A DNA stretch of 49,592 bases from the NCBI GenBank assembly GCA_021158045.1, contig JAGGVK010000018.1, positions 1 to 49,592 of the forward strand. Reading direction: 5' to 3'. This stretch comes from a bacterium (GTDB lineage: Bacteria > Patescibacteriota > Minisyncoccia > Minisyncoccales > CG1-02-41-26). The notes under the pieces are model-generated. The model saw nothing but the letters and a program-made list of their open reading frames with translations. It ran no database searches and was not told where the DNA came from. The position numbers and the translations under genes were made by a program. Below are positions 43,765-49,592 of the stretch, one piece after another (the first letter of the stretch is position 1; every line of letters starts with the position of its first letter).

Positions 43765-43965
43765 ATGGAAACCATTGAGATTCCAAAAACTAAATATGAA
43801 AAACTCATAAGAAATCAGCGTGAGTTGGCTAAAAGACTTGAGCAAGTAGTTGCTAAGCTTAAAGCCTTGGGCAGGCTTGAAGATTTTGAGAAACTGGCTC
43901 TCTTGGGTAGAAAATTTGCCAAAGAGAGAGGTATTAAACCCCAAGATGTTTTAGCTGATGATTAA
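43765..43965 (+). CDS. 66-aa putative antitoxin
   Basis: Small ORF overlapping the downstream PIN gene by 8 nt. Confidence 0.5.
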   Translation: METIEIPKTKYEKLIRNQRELAKRLEQVVAKLKALGRLEDFEKLALLGRKFAKERGIKPQDVLADD

Positions 43966-44368
43966 AGCAGTTTTAGATACTAATGTAATAATTTCTGCTT
44001 TGTTTTGGCGTGGCGCTCCTTTTTTAATTCTCCGAAAAGCCATTAAAGGAGATTTTTTATTTTTGAGTTCACCGAATATTTTAAAAGAAGTAAAAGATAA
44101 ATTAATTTCGAAATTTAATTTTCCAAAAGAGAAGACAGACCAATATTTAAAAATTTTAATAGTCAATTGTGAATTAATTAAACCCGAGAAGAAACTAAGA
44201 GTGGTGGAAGATGACCCGAGCGATAATAAGATTGTTGAGTGTGCTGACGAAGGAAAGGCGAGCTTAATAATTTCTGGCGATAATCATTTAAGGAAATTAA
44301 AGAGATATAAAGACATTAAAATAGTTTCTCCTGCTCAAGCCTTGAAAATTTTGGGGGATAAGAGATAA
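43958..44368 (+). CDS. PIN-domain toxin (PIN_3 / TIGR00305-like)
   Basis: MIKAVLDTNVIISALF N-terminus and the later acidic residues (EDDPSDNKIVECA, ISGD). Confidence 0.8.
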   Translation: MIKAVLDTNVIISALFWRGAPFLILRKAIKGDFLFLSSPNILKEVKDKLISKFNFPKEKTDQYLKILIVNCELIKPEKKLRVVEDDPSDNKIVECADEGKASLIISGDNHLRKLKRYKDIKIVSPAQALKILGDKR

Positions 44369-44412
44369 TCAGCAATATTTTATCTGTAATAATTATTCTT
44401 AAGCGTTAAAAA

Positions 44413-45705
44413 ATGATAAAAGGTGTGGTTGAAAAATTCGTGCCTTCTATTTTCTTAAGATGGTATCATTTTTTGCTGGCTTTTTTTGGCGCTGTGCTCT
44501 ATAGGTTTCCGTCACGAAGATTAAAAGTTATTGGCGTTACAGGTACTAATGGGAAATCAACAGTGGTTGAACTGGCTGATAGAATTTTGGAGGAGGCAGG
44601 ATATAAAGTTGCTTCTGTTTCCTCAATCAAATTTAAATTAGGTCCAAAGGAATGGAAAAACGATTTAAAAATGACAATGCCCGGCCGCTTGAAACTTCAG
44701 AAATTTTTAAGAAAAGCAGTAAACAACGGGTGTCAGTATGCGGTTTTAGAAGTAACCTCAGAGGGGATTTTGCAGTATCGCCATCGGTTTATCAATTTTG
44801 ACATAGCCGTCTTTACAAATTTGTCTCCAGAGCATATTGAGCGCCACGGTAGTTTCGAGAAATACAGAGAAGCAAAAGGAGAACTTTTTAGGGCAGCTAA
44901 AAAAGTCCATATAATTAATTTAGACGACAAGTCAGCGGAATATTTCTTGCAGATTCCAGCTATTGAGAAAATATCTTATGGAATAAAACAAAATGTTGGC
45001 ACTCAAAACCATAAATTTATTAAAGCCAGCAACATAAAATTGTCTGAGAAGGGAGTGGAGTTTACCATTGGCAATACGAAGTTCTGTTTGAACTTAATAG
45101 GCGAATTTAATGTTTACAATGCTTTAGCAGCTGTTTGTGTTGGAATTTCTCAAGGCATAGATTTAGGAATTTGCAAAAGAGCCCTAGAGAAGATTCGCCT
45201 AATTCCGGGAAGAATGGAAATGGTTATTGCTAAGCCCTTTAAAGTATATGTTGATTACGCTCATACGCCTGATTCGCTTCGTAAAGTTTATGAAACTTTA
45301 ATTAATTTAAAGCCGAAAATTAAAAATCAAGAACCGAAAATGATATGTGTTTTAGGAGCCTGTGGTGGAGGGAGGGATAAATGGAAAAGGCCAGTGTTAG
45401 GGAAGTTAGCGTCTATGTATTGTGACAAAGTGATTATTACTAACGAGGACCCTTATGATGAAGACCCGATGGAGATTATAAATCAAGTAGCAGAGGGAGC
45501 AGAAGGAAAAGCAGAGAAAGTTTTAGACAGAAAAAGAGCCATAAGAGAGGCTATTAAGATGGCAAAAACAGGTGATGTAGTTGTTATTACCGGTAAAGGT
45601 TTAGAGCCATGGATGTGCATAGCAGGAGGTAAAAAAATTCCGTGGGATGATAGAAAAATTGCGCAAGACGAATTCAAAAGGGAGTATTCTGCCCTTGAAA
45701 GTTGA
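44413..45705 (+). CDS. murE: Mur ligase, MurE-like
   Basis: GVTGTNGKST, DYAHTPDSL, TNEDPYDEDP. Confidence 0.75.
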   Translation: MIKGVVEKFVPSIFLRWYHFLLAFFGAVLYRFPSRRLKVIGVTGTNGKSTVVELADRILEEAGYKVASVSSIKFKLGPKEWKNDLKMTMPGRLKLQKFLRKAVNNGCQYAVLEVTSEGILQYRHRFINFDIAVFTNLSPEHIERHGSFEKYREAKGELFRAAKKVHIINLDDKSAEYFLQIPAIEKISYGIKQNVGTQNHKFIKASNIKLSEKGVEFTIGNTKFCLNLIGEFNVYNALAAVCVGISQGIDLGICKRALEKIRLIPGRMEMVIAKPFKVYVDYAHTPDSLRKVYETLINLKPKIKNQEPKMICVLGACGGGRDKWKRPVLGKLASMYCDKVIITNEDPYDEDPMEIINQVAEGAEGKAEKVLDRKRAIREAIKMAKTGDVVVITGKGLEPWMCIAGGKKIPWDDRKIAQDEFKREYSALES

Positions 45706-45763
45706 AAATTTGTCTTAAAGGGGTAGAATCTTAATATGCTCTTGTGGCTTTTGTTTTTTATAA

Positions 45764-45837
45764 CTCCCTGTAGCTCAATTGGATAGAGCAGGACCCTTCT
45801 AAGGTCAAGGTTGGAGGTTCGACTCCTCCCAGGGAGG
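45764..45837 (+). tRNA. tRNA-Arg (anticodon TCT), no encoded CCA
   Basis: Hand-folded cloverleaf with acceptor CTCCCTG/CAGGGAG, T-arm GGAGG-TTCGACT-CCTCC and anticodon loop CTTCTAA. Confidence 0.85.
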
Positions 45838-45846
45838 CTAATTTAT

Positions 45847-45918
45847 GGTGGCTATGGTGTAATGGCAGCACTAGAGTCTGTGGAACTCTCGGTAAGGGTT
45901 CAAATCCCTTTAGCCACC
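45847..45918 (+). tRNA. tRNA-His (anticodon GTG) with encoded G-1
   Basis: G-1 plus acceptor GTGGCTA/TAGCCAC plus C73. Anticodon arm AGAGT-CTGTGGA-ACTCT. T-arm AAGGG-TTCAAAT-CCCTT. Confidence 0.85.
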
Positions 45919-45944
45919 CAATAGGCAAATGTAGATACTAAAAA

Positions 45945-45966
45945 AGACAGATTAGTCTGTCTTTTT
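45945..45966 (+). terminator. Intrinsic terminator after the tRNA pair
   Basis: AGACAGA-ttag-TCTGTCT followed by TTTT. Confidence 0.65.
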
Positions 45967-46056
45967 AAATTTTTAACTGATTTTTGGTTTATCTATTTTA
46001 GCTGTAGATATTGGATTGTTAGATATGTTATTTATAACGGACTTAAGAGCGCATTT

Positions 46057-47076
46057 TCAAGGGCGTTCCCCGATAGTTACCATTATGGTTTTTTCTTTTT
46101 TGCTTCTTAATACCTTAAGAGGAATTTTTTCGCCTATTTTAAGAGGTATTAGAATGTCAGTTAAACTATTGTCAGGCGTGATTTTCTTACCATTGGCTTC
46201 TAATATTATATCGTATTCTTTCAAGCCTGCTTTTTGGGCTGGACTGTTAGGCACAATGGCTCTTCCTTGGGGTTCGGAAATGATTAAAGCGCCATAATCT
46301 TGCGGCAAGCCCCATTTTTCCTGCAAGTTCCTGTCAACAAGAATATATCTTACCCCTAAAAACGGGTGAATAATTTTCCCATACTGTTTAAATTCTTCTA
46401 AATCCTTTTTAGGCCCAGTAATTGGTAAAGCAAAGCTTATGTTTTCTGCTCCAAAAACCATTGCTGCGTTTATGCCTATAACTTTTCCTCTAATGTTTAT
46501 TAATGGGCCCCCAGAGTTTCCAGGGTTTACAGCTGCGTCTGTTTGTATTAACCCTCTTAGCCTTGCCTTCTCTCCTGTTAGCGTGCTGCCAGCTATAATG
46601 TTGCGGCTTAGCCCAGAAACAACCCCCACTGAAACTGTGTTTTGAAACATTCCCAATGCATTTCCTATGGCAATAACTGTTTCTCCAAGTTCAATTTGCG
46701 ATGTGTCTTCTAACTTCAGAAAAGGAAAGTTATTGCCTTCTATTTTCAAAATGGCGGTATCATTAATGGGGTCTTTTACTAAAATTTGAGCTGGATATTT
46801 TTCTCCATTGTTAAGTATAACAGAATAATCGGCTTTGCTGTCAGCAACTACATGGCGATTGGTTAAAATTGTTCCCTTTTCATCTACAAGGAAACCCGAG
46901 CCTCCCCCCACCTTTATCTTCTTTCTTTTTAATGGCTGTTGTAGGGAACCTTCAAATTTTAAGGGGAGGGAAAAAGGTAATTTTTGGATGTTATGGTGCT
47001 TTGATATTACAATGCTTACCACTGCTGGGAGGGCCATTTTGACGATTTTTGTGATTGGATAAGATTCTTGTTGCAT
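46057..47076 (-). CDS. htrA: HtrA/DegP-family serine protease with a PDZ domain
   Basis: Catalytic triad context TNRHVV, DTAILKI and GNSGGPL. C-terminal PDZ-like region. Confidence 0.9.
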   Translation of the reverse strand: MQQESYPITKIVKMALPAVVSIVISKHHNIQKLPFSLPLKFEGSLQQPLKRKKIKVGGGSGFLVDEKGTILTNRHVVADSKADYSVILNNGEKYPAQILVKDPINDTAILKIEGNNFPFLKLEDTSQIELGETVIAIGNALGMFQNTVSVGVVSGLSRNIIAGSTLTGEKARLRGLIQTDAAVNPGNSGGPLINIRGKVIGINAAMVFGAENISFALPITGPKKDLEEFKQYGKIIHPFLGVRYILVDRNLQEKWGLPQDYGALIISEPQGRAIVPNSPAQKAGLKEYDIILEANGKKITPDNSLTDILIPLKIGEKIPLKVLRSKKEKTIMVTIGERP

Positions 47077-47155
47077 ACAGTCATTATGATTATTGAACTA
47101 ATTATACAAATTTCTATTGCCTAAGGCAAATTTCTGTGATATCTTTAATATATCC

Positions 47156-47228
47156 GCCCCTGTAGCTCAACGGATTAGAGCTTCGCACTCCTAAGGCGAA
47201 GATAGAGGTTCGATTCCTCTCAGGGGCA
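47156..47228 (+). tRNA. tRNA-Arg (anticodon CCT)
   Basis: Acceptor GCCCCTG/CAGGGGC, anticodon loop CTCCTAA, T-arm AGAGG-TTCGATT-CCTCT. There is one A/G mismatch at the base of the anticodon stem. Confidence 0.8.
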
Positions 47229-47282
47229 CTTGTTCTCCTAACTTTCACCTTTCTAAGTTTTTATAAAACTTGGGAGAATAAA

Positions 47283-47356
47283 GGGCCCATGGCGCAGTTG
47301 GCTAGCGCGTCCCGATGGCATCGGGAAGGTCGTGGGTTCAAATCCCACTGGGTCCA
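47283..47356 (+). tRNA. tRNA-Ala (anticodon GGC)
   Basis: Acceptor GGGCCCA/TGGGTCC contains the G3-U70 identity pair. Anticodon arm TCCCG-ATGGCAT-CGGGA. T-arm GTGGG-TTCAAAT-CCCAC. Confidence 0.85.
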
Positions 47357-47481
47357 AAATAGTGCTTAGTTTCGTGTGATAGATATCTTAGTTGTGGATA
47401 AACTTGGTTCTGGCTTTGATACAAAATGAAAGAAGTCTTCAAAGCAGAGATTAGCCAAGCATAACAGATTGTTTGAGGAGT

Positions 47482-47625
47482 TTATTTCTTGTTAAAAGTA
47501 GACCGGAAAATAACCCTGACTAATAAAAAAGCCATAGTAGTGGCAATAATCATTAGGGAGGGAGAAAAAACAGCCGGTGAAAAGATACAATAGCCTGCAA
47601 CTGTTAAGATACCGATGAGTGTCAT
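47482..47625 (-). CDS. 47-aa hydrophobic micro-ORF (candidate)
   Basis: Minus-strand MTLIGILTVAGYCIFSPAVFSPSLMIIATTMAFLLVRVIFRSTFNKK. There is no supporting signal beyond hydrophobicity. Confidence 0.25.
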   Translation of the reverse strand: MTLIGILTVAGYCIFSPAVFSPSLMIIATTMAFLLVRVIFRSTFNKK

Positions 47626-47644
47626 CTGCCTTTATGGCAATATT

Positions 47645-48496
47645 TTATTTATATCGCTTCCAGTTAATCTTTGGAACTCTCTTACTTATAATTTTTTTAC
47701 CATCAGGTTTTTTGGCTAAAATTAGGTATTTAAATCCACGGAGAAAGAAATTAAATTTTTTAGCTCGGTAATGCCAAACTCCTGTATTAGAACTTTGATT
47801 TCTTCTTGTTACGCAGACTAAATCTATTGGTTCAAATCCTATTTTATCCATTAACATCTCATAGACCTTGAAACCAACAGGGGTAAACTTTCTTTTTACC
47901 CATTGGTCTCCAATGAGCCAACCCATAACTTTCCCGGGCTTCAAAATTCGATAAATCTCATAAGCTACTTTTTCTAATTCGTTATAAAATCTTTGACTCT
48001 CTGCTGAAATTTTTCCAATATCTCTAGGGTCGTCAGAGTAACTGACATTATCTCCGTAAGGAGAATCTATAAAGACCATATCAACTGAAGCATCTTTAAG
48101 AGGAATTTTCCGAGAGTCATTTTTAATTACTTTTGGGTGTTGGGGATTTACATCATATCCGATTGCTCTTCTTCCTTCTTCTTCACAAACATCAATAGTT
48201 GTTCCGCTTCCGGCCATTGGGTCAACAACTAAATCGCCCGGTTTTGTATAGCGCTGTATCATATTCCAAATAATAAATGCAGGGGTTACTCCTTGAAATT
48301 TATTATTCCCTTTGGGCTTTTTACCGTAACTCTGTTTTGGATAATCCCATAGAGTAGTTGTCTCAAAAGGCGGCTTATCCTCTTTTAAGTTCTCTGCAAG
48401 AGTTTTTTTCCCTTCTAAACCTGTCTTCTTTAAGGTTGAGCCTAATGGTAATAAACTTGCCTGATTAACTTTTTTGTCCTTTATCTCTTTTGGCAT
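47645..48496 (-). CDS. SAM-dependent DNA methyltransferase (motif I before motif IV)
   Basis: VVDPMAGSGTT (motif I) and FIDSPYG (DPPY-like motif IV). It overlaps the upstream endonuclease-like gene by 32 nt. Confidence 0.8.
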   Translation of the reverse strand: MPKEIKDKKVNQASLLPLGSTLKKTGLEGKKTLAENLKEDKPPFETTTLWDYPKQSYGKKPKGNNKFQGVTPAFIIWNMIQRYTKPGDLVVDPMAGSGTTIDVCEEEGRRAIGYDVNPQHPKVIKNDSRKIPLKDASVDMVFIDSPYGDNVSYSDDPRDIGKISAESQRFYNELEKVAYEIYRILKPGKVMGWLIGDQWVKRKFTPVGFKVYEMLMDKIGFEPIDLVCVTRRNQSSNTGVWHYRAKKFNFFLRGFKYLILAKKPDGKKIISKRVPKINWKRYK

Positions 48497-49175
48497 AAAC
48501 TAAATTTTTTAAATCTATTAGAAACTTGTCAAATTTTTTAACTTTATCACTTTCTTCAATTTCTTCCTCGCTCATTATGTAGCTGCCATCGGTGTCTACC
48601 TCAACGATTGCTCTCCCTTTCTTAGCTGGCTTGCGAATGCTTAATGTTTTATCTTCATCAGGCGTGACAAAGAAAACTTTGATGTTTTTTGTAACCTCGT
48701 CTTGACTAAGTTTAATTTTCCAATAACCTGTTTGAGCAATTCTTTCTCGTAAAGTGACTTTGCTTGAGATTACGGCAATTACTTCATAGTTTTTGGGATT
48801 ATAGATGATTATATCTACATCGGGTAAATGCGAGCCAAATTCGCCGTAATCAACTAAAAGATTTCTTTTTACATGATTTAATTCCTCTGAAAGATTTTTA
48901 CTATTTGTTCTTTCTATCATATTGCCATCTACTACTTTTAATCCTAGTTTTTCTACTTCATCTTCAATAATATAGAGAATTAATTTTTCTAAATTCTTGC
49001 CCTTGAATGCTCTCCATGATTGTTCGTGGTCTCCGTTAGGCGTAGGAGATTTGAACCAGTCTTGTTTGTGTAGTTCTTTTGCCTCTCTTAATAATTCGGA
49101 GATATATTGAAAAGCATTTTCTCCATGCTGCTTTTTCTTCTTTTCGTAAAGTTTTACCAGGTCTTGAAATTTCAT
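48465..49175 (-). CDS. Putative type II restriction endonuclease (PD..SxK..E-like)
   Basis: LPDVDIIIY...VISSKVTLRER resembles a PD-(D/E/S)xK core. It is translationally coupled to the methyltransferase. Confidence 0.5.
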   Translation of the reverse strand: MKFQDLVKLYEKKKKQHGENAFQYISELLREAKELHKQDWFKSPTPNGDHEQSWRAFKGKNLEKLILYIIEDEVEKLGLKVVDGNMIERTNSKNLSEELNHVKRNLLVDYGEFGSHLPDVDIIIYNPKNYEVIAVISSKVTLRERIAQTGYWKIKLSQDEVTKNIKVFFVTPDEDKTLSIRKPAKKGRAIVEVDTDGSYIMSEEEIEESDKVKKFDKFLIDLKNLVYAKRDKGQKS

Positions 49176-49427
49176 AAATCTTATTAGCTATTTTTATAAA
49201 ATAGCATTCTTTTGATTAAAATACAAGATAAATTTTACTGCACTGATTCCCTCATCGTTTGGTCTATTTCTTGAACACATAACCTTATTGGAGTTTTAAA
49301 TCTAATTTAAAGCAACCAAGTAGCTGTTTAAATAAGTGATGTTTTGTCCCTTCACTGATTTTTAGATATTTTTAGATTTTTATCTATAGGAAATTGCAGA
49401 TTGGACATAAGTCTCTTTATTAAAAGT

Positions 49428-49592
49428 TCATAGTTTTTTGACGATTTTTCCTGCTCCGAGGCAAGCATTTCTGTTATAAAAAACAGCAAATTGGCCTGGA
49501 GTGGGAGCTATTTGGGGTTTGTTAAAAATGAGTTTTGCTTTTCTGTTATAAAGAAGGCAAAGCCGAGCTTTAGATAAAGGTTGGCGGTAACG
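49428..49592 (-). CDS. mnmA: tRNA 2-thiouridylase MnmA, 3'-terminal fragment (gene continues past the window end)
   Basis: Minus-strand RYRQPLSKARL...FNKPQIAPTPGQFAVFYNRNACLGAGKIVKKL followed by a stop. This matches the conserved MnmA C-terminus (RYRQ, PQ.A.TPGQ, VFY, LG.G.I). Confidence 0.8.
   Translation of the reverse strand, partial: RYRQPLSKARLCLLYNRKAKLIFNKPQIAPTPGQFAVFYNRNACLGAGKIVKKL

Noticed and set aside
1-49592. Possibility of an alternative genetic code (UGA recoding, as in some CPR lineages).
   Set aside because: Housekeeping genes close at the expected lengths with TGA stops (for example rpmH ends ...KKLSV-TGA). No in-frame TGA interrupts conserved proteins.

Overview
The window has a very AT-rich backbone. 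My hand count on nt 10081-10140 gives 17/60 G+C. None of about 12 backbone start codons I inspected has a Shine-Dalgarno (SD) motif. The gene content looks like a small-genome CPR/Patescibacteria-type bacterium, though that assignment is inference. The backbone carries the replication-origin neighbourhood (jag-yidC-rnpA-rpmH divergent from dnaA-dnaN). It also carries PBP1A, ruvC, yebC, ruvB, ruvA, uvrB, mutM, holA, rpsT, tsaE, a stand-alone 5'-3' exonuclease and a PilB/GspE ATPase. Further backbone features are murE, htrA, four tRNAs, a PIN toxin-antitoxin pair, a type II restriction-modification pair, a V4R/PAS-kinase/CheY sensory cluster and a locus of secreted Cys-rich proteins with a T4SS-pilin-like domain. 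Five intergenic clusters are built from one shuffled set of short dispersed repeats. The main finding is a foreign island of about 10.5 kb (~14366-24875) bracketed by direct copies of that repeat. Sampled 60-nt lines in the island give 40-58% G+C, and every gene has a strong GGAGG SD. The island carries one co-directional minus-strand array. Its order is three tandem consensus sigma70 promoters, a ~550-nt structured leader, a P-loop NTPase, an orphan Csx3 (cA4 ring-nuclease family) protein, a RavA/MoxR-like AAA+ ATPase, a ViaA-like vWA protein with a ~100-aa Gln-rich insert, a family-less 1073-aa multi-zinc-ribbon protein and a 123-aa protein. The cistrons are separated by a repeated hairpin cassette. 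No CRISPR array, cas10, CARF effector, cyclase, integrase or transposase is visible. I propose a candidate novel NTPase/vWA conflict module coupled to a cyclic-oligoadenylate-degrading module, or an anti-defence island. A chimeric assembly at the flanking repeats must be excluded first. All calls are by eye from the sequence and ORF track; no searches were run.
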